A DNA stretch of 64,000 nucleotides from Oculina patagonica (Eukaryota), in assembly GCF_052425735.1 (NCBI RefSeq), contig NC_135767.1, positions 5,952,001-6,016,000 on the forward strand. Direction: 5' to 3'. The notes under the pieces are model-generated. The model saw only the letters and a list, made by a program, of their open reading frames with translations. It was not told the DNA's origin and searched no databases. The translations under genes were made by a program, and so were the position numbers. Below, piece by piece: positions 12,232 to 22,270 of this stretch (position 1 is the stretch's first letter; every line of letters begins with the position of its first letter).

Positions 12232-14035
12232 ATGGATTCTCTACTCCAACCAATATTAGACACTGAAGAACATCCATTTTGTGCTGAAATGATGAAACGC
12301 CTCGATATTCAGCGAAAGAACGAACATTTCTGTGATGTAATTCTAGAGGTTGGTTCTGGTGACGATCAAGCTCGTCTAAAAGCTCACAGAAATGTGTTAT
12401 GTGCAGCAGGACCGTTCTTTTTCAACGCTCTGAACAGTGACATGAAAGAGAAGGAAGAAGGTGTAATCCGATTAAAAGAAACGAGCAAAGATGTAATGGA
12501 GAAAGTCTTGGATTATCTGTACACAGGACATGTTGAGATTACTGAAGAGATTGCATATGAGTTGTTTACACAAGCAGACTTCTTTCTGATGCCGAACCTG
12601 AAAGCTTTGACAAGTAAATTCATTGTGAAAACGCTAGATATTTCCAACTGTATCATGGCTTATCATTTTGCTGGCAAGTACCAGGCAGAAGAACTGCTGA
12701 AAGGAGCGAGGGAATTCATTCTTGCCAACTTTGTTGCTGTGGCTGGAACTGAAGACTTCCTGAATCTGAGTGCTGAAGAAATCGAGGAATTCATTTCAAG
12801 TGATAAAATAATTGTGAAAGCGGAGGAAGATGTTTTCCAAGTGATCGTAAAGTGGATGAAAAACAATAGCGGAGATCAAGACTTCTTGGGGTTGTTGCAT
12901 CATGTTCGCTGTAACTACCTGTCACCCAGCTATGTGTCTGATATCATCTTGCAGCATCCATTGGTGAAAGCCAGTACAGCATGTGAAAAGTTTATATTAG
13001 ATGCCATGAAAGAGCCATCTGAGGGTACAGGCGATTGCTGTTCTCCTGCCAATAAGAGATTGTCTGAAAACCCATGATGTTGTAGTTGCTTGTGGAGAAA
13101 AGGAAACATTGTGTTATCTTCCTTCTGAAGGCAAGTGGTACAAGCTGGCTGACAAGCTATCTACTCATCACTCTTATTATTATGGGTTAAGCCCTTTCAA
13201 CAGTAAGTTGTTCATCATTGGAGCATGCAAAGAGCGAGATGGTCACATCGCAGAGTGCTATGACCCTTCACAAAACCAGTGGAATCCCATAAGTGCTCCA
13301 GAAATCATGGACCGTCGTACAGCTGCAGTGGCACTCCAAGGTTTTCTGTACGTTGTTGGAGGGAGAGACAGGCATGAAAATGTCCTTAACACTGTGCAGA
13401 AATATAATCCTGATACAGGTCGTTGGCAAGAGGTGTCTCCCCTGAGTAGTCCCAGGTCAAATGTGTGTGCCGTGACCGATGGAGGCTATTTGTATGCTAT
13501 TGGGGGCATGAGTGCAGATTATCAATATCTGGACATTGTTGAAAGGTTTGATCCTGGGAACAATACTTGGAGTGAACTTCCTTCAATGATAACAAAGAGA
13601 GCATTTGCTAGTGGTACAACCATCAGAGGAAAAGTTTTTGTGATTGGAGGCCTTCAAATAGCTTCATTAACTGGGGATGCTTGTGAAATGTATGATCCAG
13701 ACACCAACATGTGGAGTAGCATTCCAAGTGCTGTTGCACCAAGAACCTATGCAAGTTCAGTGAGCTTTAAAGGACAAATATATGTGAATGGTGTTGTCCA
13801 AAATGAGCAAGGAAGGGAAGTAATGTCACTGCAGGTGTTTGACGTTGAGAAAAATGAATGGAAAAGCTGTCCAGAAAATGTACTTCTTTATGGCTGGCAT
13901 GAAGTTACTACTCTAACAATACCAAACAATATCTTGGTTAAATGCAGGGAAATTTCAGAAGAGGAGATCCAGTGGCGAGAGGTCTCCAGAAGGCTAGCAG
14001 GGGGTGGTCCCCTTTTACGGTCTTTGAGACTTTAA
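12232..14035 (+). pseudogene. BTB-BACK-Kelch paralog with a frameshift at ~13035-13055
   Basis: ORF 12232-13077 (BTB-BACK) and 13109-14035 (Kelch) are in different frames. The conserved RDCLKTHD..VACG motif is in the downstream frame from ~13056. Confidence 0.85.
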
Positions 14036-14280
14036 TAACATAGCTTCTGAATAAACACCAATGGGGGAGCATATTTTTAGGGTGTCAGCAGTTGACCCCT
14101 TGGGCAACCCGTGGGTAACTTGCAGGAAGTGTGGAGGATTTTGTAGCAAACATGCCCTGAATATAGGGGCATTAAAAAGTTTTTGTGCTACAGCTAAGAT
14201 CCAACTCTGGGGAGTTTAATATCCATGGGATTTTCATGTAGCCTACATTGACAAGTTCCAGCTGTAATTCATTACCACCC

Positions 14281-14618
14281 CAGGGGGGTATCCAGGAGTT
14301 TTCAAAGGGAGGGGGGAGGCGGTGGTTGTTAGTACATGTAGATATTTTGTTTACTATCAGTATTTTAGCCCTGGGTTTTTTATAATAAAGTGTGGCTTGG
14401 AGGTTAGCAAACATTTTAATTTTATTTTAGTTAAAATTATCAATAATTTTCACACCTTTCCCAGTGTCATTTAGCCTGCAAATGCAGACCTATTTCCAGT
14501 TGTCCGTCTCTGTTCTTAATTTCTTTCATAATGTGCTTATTTAGTTTATTTATATCTTTTTAGTGGATCTAGGGGGGTGGCTATCCACCCAATCCACTCC
14601 CCCTGGATCTGAACCCTG
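14281..14618. mobile_element. hAT-type MITE (CAGGG...CCCTG termini)
   Basis: CAGGGGGGTATCCAGG at 14281 and CCTGGATCTGAACCCTG ending at 14618; TSD not clear. Confidence 0.5.
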
Positions 14619-14642
14619 AGAAATGGTTAAAATCATAAAAAA

Positions 14643-14872
14643 CAGGGCCGTAGGCAGGGGGGTGCGATGGGTGCGTCCGCACTGCCCCATGGGCCACAAA
14701 GGTCCACCTAATGGGAGTGAGGGTTAAAATGACTCTCGGAATACAGGAAATGTGGACTTCAATAACTTAATTTTTCAAAATTTCTAAGGGGAGAATACCC
14801 CTGGACCCCCACCAAGACGCTCACGCCTCTGGTGCTCGCACCCACCTGTGAAAAATCCTGGTTGCTGCCCTG
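14643..14872. mobile_element. hAT-type MITE (CAGGG...CCCTG termini)
   Basis: CAGGGCCGTAGGCAGG ... CCTGGTTGCTGCCCTG; degenerate 8-bp flanks ataaaaaa/aaaaagaa. Confidence 0.55.
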
Positions 14873-15950
14873 AAAAAGAACATCTTTTCTAACATCGGGT
14901 ATGAAAACTTTTAAACATATTTTTGCCTGTAGTAACACCTCTGTTGTGAGTGATTTTTGACAATTAAAAAACCTCAAGCATGTAATACAAGAAAAACTGA
15001 AAAACTAACACCTAGATGTTGGCAGAAGGTTGTCATTAATGGTTATTTTCCTACACTATTTCTGTCCTCACATGACAGTTTATCAAGCATTAACTTTGTT
15101 TGTTGCATAATTTAATATAAACCATTTTAAGCCTCTTTAGACCTTATGTATGGTATTGTTCAAAATATTCTCACCGTATTGAAAGCCATTTAATTAATTG
15201 CTGTAAAATAGATAGAGTGCTTCGAATTTCCAGAAAATTTTATAATGTGAATTTGCTCATTTTTATCTTTTTAATTTATTACAAGAGTGATGTTTTAGAC
15301 TTAACTTGTTTTATAGGTACCGGTTCATGTACTACCACATTATCTTCAGTCATTATAATAATAATTTTTTTTATTGTTCTGAGGGTCCACAATAGGGTTT
15401 CCAGATCCCGCCATCCTGGCTAAAATTTTCCCTCAATCCTGTAATCCCAAAGGCTTTTATTGGCTTATCCGTATCCCGACCATTTAATCCCTTGCCTCAA
15501 TGATAACAGGCCTTTCAGTGAGTGTATATTCCCTTCTAGCACTGGTCTTGAAGCCTTTAGTCACCGCCAATAGGCTGTAAGCTAATTTCTTTCTTTCCGT
15601 GTAAATGAATGTTATAGAATGTAATTTTAGAATGATAGATAGTAGATGTGGGTGCACTCAGTGTTATGACCATTGCAAAGCAGCTAAACTTTGTCAAAGA
15701 CAACAGCATGTCATGCGATTGTTTCGCACCACGGGTTAGGGTACTACTTGAGTTGAAGATTCACAAGGAAAATAAGGTCCACGGGATCTACCGGTTGTTT
15801 TGAACTAGTTTATTGGTACAAATTCCAACTTGCACATGCTAGCTAGTTAACTGAAAGTAAAGGTATACATGTGGGTCGACTATAACATCTTTAAAATCAG
15901 ATAAAATACAAATTGAATCGACAAAAAAAGCTGTCTCTAACATATGGTCG

Positions 15951-16360
15951 ACACACATGTACAATAGGAGTTATGGCGCAAACCGTGACAACTCGCTCGG
16001 CTCGCCCAGGCTCGCCTCGCTCCTTGTCACAATTTGCGTCCATAACTCCTATTGTACATGTGTGTGCGGATCGCAAGCCGCTTTTTTATCCCTCTTGCGC
16101 CACAAGTAACAAAAAAAAGGCCTTTGACTGCTTTAACTTCCCGAAGCAGTTTCACTTGACCCCACTGTGTACCAGTCGTTGTTTGGTTGCATTATTACCT
16201 TATAAATACAAACTTTTAATTGACAAAAAGACTTGAGTGCGGATCGCAAGCCGCTTTTTTATCCCTCTTGCGCCACGAGTTACAAAAAAGGCTTTCGGCG
16301 GCACCTCTAACGGCCCGCAGCAACATAGTGCGCTAGATTTATTTTCCAATTGAACAAATA
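15951..16360 (+). repeat. Left terminal inverted repeat: terminal hairpin 15951-16065 plus an internal direct duplication (~16064-16125 and ~16238-16295)
   Basis: Imperfect reverse complement of 31856-32192; gtgcggatcgcaagccgcttttttatccctcttgcgccac occurs twice. Confidence 0.9.
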
Positions 16361-16383
16361 TTTTTCTTTGGCATATACAACAG

Positions 16384-19300
16384 ATGGCTGCCGCAAGATA
16401 TTCGTCAGAAGTTTTGCAAGCTATGATGGAGGAAAACATCCGTGAATTTCAAAGAAACCCCCAAAGAAATTTAACTTTTTTACTGGCCCAAACAGATTTC
16501 AACGAATGGCTCCGTGTATGGAAAATGTCAATTCCCGAAAATGACCAAAACAACAAAGATCTGTACAAATTTGCAAGAAAAAACAAAAAAAAGTTTTCCG
16601 ATTTGTTAGAAAGCGAAATTGAAGACTTAAAAAGCATAAAAGCCAGCTTTGGGCTTGAAGTAAAGTTTTCAAAAGAAACAAACGGTGTTACTCAGCACAT
16701 GAGCCACTATTTCAGAGAAAGAGAACCCCACGTTTTCACAGAATACAAAAAAGATGAAATAAAACCAAATTTTGACAATTTTATTGAAAAAGCAAAGGGA
16801 GAAATCGAGGCTTGGTCGGAAAGAGGCTCAGGCTGGGTTATTGAAAGAATAACTGAGGCGTACATCAACGTTGCGCGTTATCAGCCATTGCGAGGTGGAA
16901 CTTACTTGCCATTGCCCCCAAAATTGGCAAAAAAGAAAGCCATTATAAACGTCCGAAACAAGGACAACCAGTGTCTAAAATGGGCACTAAGGGCGGCGCT
17001 ATTTCCTCCCAAAGATGGGAAAGACGCCCAAAGGCCAAGCAAGTACCCAGCCGATGACGGGATAGACTACAGCGGAATCGATTTTCCAACACCCCTAAAA
17101 CAGCTTGACAGGCTTGAGGCGAAAAACCCAAAACTCGCAATGAACGTCTTTGGATGGGTGGATGGCCGTGTGATTCCACTCAGAATTAGCGAAAAAGAAA
17201 AAAGCATTTCCCGTATTTGTCTTATGTTAATTGAGTCGGGCGAAACCCAGCACTACTGTTTTGTAAAAAGAGTAAGCGCACTGCTTTACGATCAGAGCAA
17301 ATCACACAACAAAAAACACTTTTGCATGTTGTGCTTGACCGGTTTTTCAAGAGCAGATTTGCTCGAGAACCACGAAAAATATTGCAATGGAGTTAATGGC
17401 AGGCCGACAAGGATCGAGATGCCGGAAGAGGGGAACAACACCCTTTATTTTAAAAACTACCACAAGCAAATGAAAGTGCCTTTTGTGATTTACGCAGACT
17501 GTGAGGCATTGTTAAGAAAGATGCAAGGATGTAAACGCGAAACGTCAGAAGACCGCCAGAAGATAAAAGATAAAGGAGAAGAACTGGAAGACTTGAAGCA
17601 AAAAAGCCACACGGAAAAGACAGAACAGCACGAGGCGTGTAGTTTTTCTTATACTGTTGTGAGGAGTGACGGAAAAATAAAAAAGCCCTTTGTTTACAGA
17701 GGAGAAAAACCCATGGAAGTGTTTTTGAACTGCCTTTTAAGCGAAGAGCGACAAATAAGGCATGAATTGTCAAATCAAAGCCCAATTGTTATGACTTGGA
17801 AAGACTGGGAAAAATTCAAAAAAGCAACCGTTTGCCACATTTGCGAAGACCCGTTGATGAAACAAAACTTTTTAGACTCGTTGCCGGTTTGGATTGGGAA
17901 TGAAAAGAAAAAAACTCTTGATTACTTTGGGCAGATGCACAAAAAATGTTATTACAAAAAGGAAAAAGAGGCGAGAAACCTTAAGGAGGACCATAGCTGT
18001 GAGCTGAAAAAGTTGACAAAAAAAGAACAAAAAGAGGCCGCAAAAAACCAAGAAAATTGCCTGGCTTGCAGGGTGGCCCATCACTATGAGCTGAAAAAGT
18101 TGACAAAAAAAGAACACAAAGAGGCCGCAAAAAACCAAGAAAATTGCCTGGCTTGCCGCAAGCCGCTTATCCAGCCAAGCTACAAAGATGTGGTAAAGGA
18201 CCATTGCCACATAACAGGGAAGTACCGAGGAGCAGCGCACAACTTGTGCAATCTGTTGATGCGAATAAACCCAAAGACGATCCAAATACCAGTTGTATTT
18301 CACAACCTGAGGGGCTATGACGCGCACCATTTAATGCAGGCGATGTCAAAGATTTCAAAAGAGGCCCAGAAAGAGGTAAAATGTGTTGCAAACAACATGG
18401 AAAAATACATCACATTTTCACTGGGCGGCTTAAGGTTTATTGACAGCTTAAACTTTCTACAAGGAAGCCTTGATTCACTTGTAAAAGGCATGCCAAAAGA
18501 GGCATTAGAAATAACAAAATCTATTTCTAAAGAAAATTACAAACTTCTTTTCAAAAAGGGAATCTACCCTTACGAGTACATAGACTCTTGGGAAAGATTT
18601 AGAGAAACAAGTTTGCCAGAAAAAGAGAAGTTTTACAGCAAGCTGAACGACGAGCACATAACAGACGAAGAGTATGCACACGCTCAAAAAGTGTGGAAAA
18701 CCTTTGGTTGCCGAAATCTTGGAGACTACCACGATTTGTATGTTAAAACAGACGTAACTCTGTTAGCTGACGTTTTTGAGAGCTTTCGAAAATTATGTCT
18801 TGAGAAGTATGGCCTCGACCCAGCCCACTATTACACGTCGCCAGGCCTTTCTTGGGACGCGCTCTTGAAAAAGACACGCGTGGAGCTTGAGCTACTCACG
18901 GACTATGAAATGCATAGCTTTGTGGAAAGGGGAATAAGAGGCGGAATTTCAATGGTCAGCAAGAGATACGCAAAGGCGAACAATCCATATGTCGAGGGCT
19001 TTGACCCGAGCCAGCCCAAAAAATACATAACGTACCTTGATGCGAATAACCTTTACGGCTGGGCAATGAGCAAACCACTGCCGAAAAGCGGTTTTAGATG
19101 GAAAAAGGTAATGCCAACAGAAAAAGAAATAATGACAAAAAAGGAGCAAGCAAAAGCTGGATGGATTTTGGAGGTAGACCTTGAATACCCCGCCAAACTG
19201 CACAGAGCCCACAACAGCTATCCATTAGCACCAGAGAAAAAGAAAATAAACGAAGAAAAGTTTTCACCTTACCAGAAAAAAATAATAAAAGATCTTGATT

Positions 19301-20376
19301 TGAAACTGCCAGACAGCAAAAAGCTCGTATTGACTCTCGAAAACAAAACCAATTACGTTGTGCATTACAGAAACCTGCAGTTTTATCTGAAACAAGGAAT
19401 GAAGCTCAAAAAGGTGCACAGGGTTTTGGAGTTTGAACAAGAGGCGTGGATGGAGCCGTATATCCGAATGAACACAGAATTCAGGAAAAAAGCAAAAAGT
19501 GTCTTTGAAAAGAACTTTTACAAGCTCATGAATAACTCTGTTTTCGGGAAAACAATGGAAAACTTGAGAAACCGAGTAGACATAAAAATAGTTCGGAGCG
19601 ACGAAAAATACAAAATAAGAAAACTGGTTGCCAGCCCATTGTATTCAAGGCATGTAATGTTTTCAAACGATTTGGTTGGAATAGACATGCACAAAAGCAG
19701 GCTTTTTCTCAACAAGCCGGTCTACACAGGAATGACTATCCTCGATGTAAGTAAGATATGCATGTATGACTTTTATTACAACCACCTGAAAAAGGAGTAT
19801 GGGTCGAAATGCGAGTTGCTTTACACGGACACCGACAGTCTTTTGCTTGAGATAGAAACAGAAGACTTTTACGCGGACATGGCAAAAAACATTGACGAGT
19901 ATGACACAAGCGGATATCCGAAAAAAAATCCACTTTTTTCATCTAAAAACAAGAAAGTTTTAGGCAAAATGAAAGACGAGTGCGCGATAGAAGAAGAGTG
20001 CAAGATTACAAAAGAACTTTTTCCAGTGCTTCACACTATTTCAGAATGTGTATGTTTGAGGCCGAAAATGTACTCAATAATGACAGAAAAAGTGCAGAGT
20101 GACCGTGAAACGGTGCCTGTGAAACCCGAAAAAAATATCAAAAAAGCGAAGGGTGTGAAAAAATGTGTGATAAAAAATAAGATAAATCACAAAAACTTCA
20201 AAGATACACTTTTTCAAAACAAAGAGAGCTTTCACGAAATGCACATGCTAAGAAGCGAGGGCCACGAGATGTATTCTATAGTGGTCAACAAAAAATCGCT
20301 GTCGCCATTTGACTCAAAGCGATGGATAGCGGATGATGGGATACATACAAATGCTTACGGATATAAGCCGACATAA
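16384..20376 (+). CDS. polB: Protein-primed family B DNA polymerase (pPolB), 1330 aa, with N-terminal TP/vOTU-like region, zinc fingers and an EndoVII-like motif
   Basis: Exonuclease motifs YADCE, FHNLRGYD, YVKTDV; polymerase motifs YLDANNLYGWAM, KLMNNSVFGK, YTDTDS; Polinton-type GSGW..YQPLRGG, NKDNQCLKW, HYCFV, CMLC..H..YC, DHCHITGKYRGAAH..CN. Confidence 0.97.
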   Translation: MAAARYSSEVLQAMMEENIREFQRNPQRNLTFLLAQTDFNEWLRVWKMSIPENDQNNKDLYKFARKNKKKFSDLLESEIEDLKSIKASFGLEVKFSKETNGVTQHMSHYFREREPHVFTEYKKDEIKPNFDNFIEKAKGEIEAWSERGSGWVIERITEAYINVARYQPLRGGTYLPLPPKLAKKKAIINVRNKDNQCLKWALRAALFPPKDGKDAQRPSKYPADDGIDYSGIDFPTPLKQLDRLEAKNPKLAMNVFGWVDGRVIPLRISEKEKSISRICLMLIESGETQHYCFVKRVSALLYDQSKSHNKKHFCMLCLTGFSRADLLENHEKYCNGVNGRPTRIEMPEEGNNTLYFKNYHKQMKVPFVIYADCEALLRKMQGCKRETSEDRQKIKDKGEELEDLKQKSHTEKTEQHEACSFSYTVVRSDGKIKKPFVYRGEKPMEVFLNCLLSEERQIRHELSNQSPIVMTWKDWEKFKKATVCHICEDPLMKQNFLDSLPVWIGNEKKKTLDYFGQMHKKCYYKKEKEARNLKEDHSCELKKLTKKEQKEAAKNQENCLACRVAHHYELKKLTKKEHKEAAKNQENCLACRKPLIQPSYKDVVKDHCHITGKYRGAAHNLCNLLMRINPKTIQIPVVFHNLRGYDAHHLMQAMSKISKEAQKEVKCVANNMEKYITFSLGGLRFIDSLNFLQGSLDSLVKGMPKEALEITKSISKENYKLLFKKGIYPYEYIDSWERFRETSLPEKEKFYSKLNDEHITDEEYAHAQKVWKTFGCRNLGDYHDLYVKTDVTLLADVFESFRKLCLEKYGLDPAHYYTSPGLSWDALLKKTRVELELLTDYEMHSFVERGIRGGISMVSKRYAKANNPYVEGFDPSQPKKYITYLDANNLYGWAMSKPLPKSGFRWKKVMPTEKEIMTKKEQAKAGWILEVDLEYPAKLHRAHNSYPLAPEKKKINEEKFSPYQKKIIKDLDLKLPDSKKLVLTLENKTNYVVHYRNLQFYLKQGMKLKKVHRVLEFEQEAWMEPYIRMNTEFRKKAKSVFEKNFYKLMNNSVFGKTMENLRNRVDIKIVRSDEKYKIRKLVASPLYSRHVMFSNDLVGIDMHKSRLFLNKPVYTGMTILDVSKICMYDFYYNHLKKEYGSKCELLYTDTDSLLLEIETEDFYADMAKNIDEYDTSGYPKKNPLFSSKNKKVLGKMKDECAIEEECKITKELFPVLHTISECVCLRPKMYSIMTEKVQSDRETVPVKPEKNIKKAKGVKKCVIKNKINHKNFKDTLFQNKESFHEMHMLRSEGHEMYSIVVNKKSLSPFDSKRWIADDGIHTNAYGYKPT

Positions 20377-20418
20377 ACAGAACGTTTAGAGCTTTTCTGA
20401 GCCCAAGGGGCTCAAGCA

Positions 20419-21409
20419 CTAAGTGCTTGGTGGTAACTGTGTATTTGGAGGAATAATAAGCAATTCTTCACGCACAAAGCCGCGCTTGGGGCCATCGTGC
20501 AAGTAATAAAGCACTGGCTGATCAGGTTTAGTAACAGACCTTTCGATGCTGTAGACTTTTAATGACCAAATCGGATCTGTTGCCCTTTTTACGCCGCCTT
20601 CTAGCTCGCCAGGTTGGAAGAGATAGCGCACATTAACGAGAGAGGGGAGTTTTTTTTCTTTCAAGCCAACAGGTCTTGTATATTTTGAGGACGGCTTGGA
20701 CGAAACAGCCTTTTCTTTGATTGCAGCAGCAGGTTTCTTGCCAGTAAGACTGGTTACTTCGTTGTTCAGAGCGGTAACAACTTCGGGAAGCCTTTTTTAC
20801 CCACGCTGTCGACCGCTGGCCAGATGGCAGGTTCATCTCGACACCGTACTGATAACCAAACAGGCGCCCTGCCAGTGTTTGATTAAAACGTTCAACAATA
20901 GCTTGATCTCTGTGGATATTAACACGCCCGCGTCTAATATAGGTTTTGTGATTTTCCATTTCTTTAGTAACAGCTCCCATGAATTCGCGACCAGGGTCAA
21001 CTTGAAGCATCTGTGGCCATTTTAGTGCACTTCGCCTGTAAATTGTCTGAAAACCTTTTGCAACCTCAGTTGAATCTTTGGAGGTCAAAGGCTCGGCCTC
21101 TTTGTAACGGCTGGCAACGTCAACAACAGTCAGCGCGTATTTGTAAACTTTTCGCCCTCGCGGCAGTTTGTCGTGTGGCAGAAAAAGAAGGTCCGCCTGG
21201 TGGACCGCGTTAGGAGAAGAAACATCGAATTTTGGGCGAGGAACGTATCGTGGTGCCGGAAGGTAGATCTGCCAAAGGGCCTGCTTAACGAGCCACTTTT
21301 TAGCAGCATCTTCGGAAACCTTGGCCGCCTCGGCTAATTTTTTTATCGCTGCAATTCCCTTCCAGTAGCCCTGGGGGCTATAGTAGACTTTCGAGATCTT
21401 TGCATCCAT
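20419..21409 (-). CDS. Retroviral-like (rve, DDE) integrase, ~329 aa if repaired; interrupted by one extra base in a 6-nt homopolymer at 20793-20798
   Basis: HQADLL, YALTVVDVASRY, QVDPGREF, IVERFNQTL. Removing one A gives WVKRLPEVVTALNN... which runs into ORF 20419-20664. Confidence 0.9.
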
Positions 21410-21468
21410 GCGAGCACTTCGTGCGTGTGTCACAACGTGACTGTGTATACAAGAAAAAAAAGAAACGT

Positions 21469-21894
21469 TTAAAGAAACCGAAAGGCAGCGTACCCAAGTG
21501 CAAGCGCGCCAGCGCCAACGAACATAAGTTCACCTTGTTTCTGCTGCTCACTTGGCTGATAGAAATCAGAGAACTTGGGTTCTTTCGGAGGAATCATTTG
21601 TTTGTCAGGATGTGCCTGGTTGTAGAGTTTGAAAGCGTAGTCAGTGTTAGTGAAGTTCTGTTTTGCCTGCTCTTTTATTTCCGCGTTGGTTTGTATCCAG
21701 TCGAGGAGCTTGGTGCGGTCGCGAGAGTATTTCGCGTAAGCTGCCTGGTAAGCCTCGAGAGCTTTGTCGTGTCTTTCTTTTTCTTTCAAAGCGGCGTCAT
21801 CTCCACCACCCAAAGCACGAGCAAGGTAGTTGCCGCCAATGAAAGCAGCAGCGTTTAAGATAGCGCCGCCAGCCATAATAGCGATGCTTGCCAT
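21469..21894 (-). CDS. Viral hypothetical protein, 141 aa, hydrophobic N- and C-terminal helices
   Basis: N-terminal MASIAIMAGGAILNAAAFIGG, helical charged core, C-terminal LMFVGAGALALGYAAFRFL; tightly packed in the viral gene run. Confidence 0.75.
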   Translation of the reverse strand: MASIAIMAGGAILNAAAFIGGNYLARALGGGDDAALKEKERHDKALEAYQAAYAKYSRDRTKLLDWIQTNAEIKEQAKQNFTNTDYAFKLYNQAHPDKQMIPPKEPKFSDFYQPSEQQKQGELMFVGAGALALGYAAFRFL

Positions 21895-21927
21895 TTTTGA
21901 ACTTTGTTAATATATTATTAACATTTT

Positions 21928-22146
21928 TTAATTGGTGGGTAGAATTTTCTGGTCCTCGAGATACTGTTTAAGTGCAACGCTGCCAGCCATGACGGCTGTG
22001 AACTTTACATAGTTCATAAAACTGCTGCTTGGGTCGGATGTGAAGTTTTCTTTTACAACTTTTTTGGCAGCCCAGCCGATTCCGGCGGCAAGGCCAGTGA
22101 GAGTCGCGGCATCCATGAGTGTTTTTACGAGTTTGTTGTCAGACAT
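21928..22146 (-). CDS. Small viral membrane/amphipathic protein, 72 aa
   Basis: ATG at 22146 (MSDNKL...); two hydrophobic segments AATLTGLAAGIGWAAKK and FTAVMAGSVAL; preceded by the shared upstream motif. Confidence 0.7.
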   Translation of the reverse strand: MSDNKLVKTLMDAATLTGLAAGIGWAAKKVVKENFTSDPSSSFMNYVKFTAVMAGSVALKQYLEDQKILPTN

Positions 22147-22270
22147 GGTGTTTGTTATAAAATAAAAATAAATATTTAAATTGAAAAATAATTTTATGAA
22201 TTCTTTTAATCTCATCAAAGAGTTCTAATAAAAAAAAGTTAATTGCTGAAGTCAGAAAGTAAAACAGAAA

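Noticed and set aside
20790-20802. A-AAA-AAG slippery heptamer in the integrase as a programmed -1 frameshift
   Set aside because: The -1 frame hits TGA within about 8 codons; the conserved continuation needs +1, so an indel is the simpler explanation
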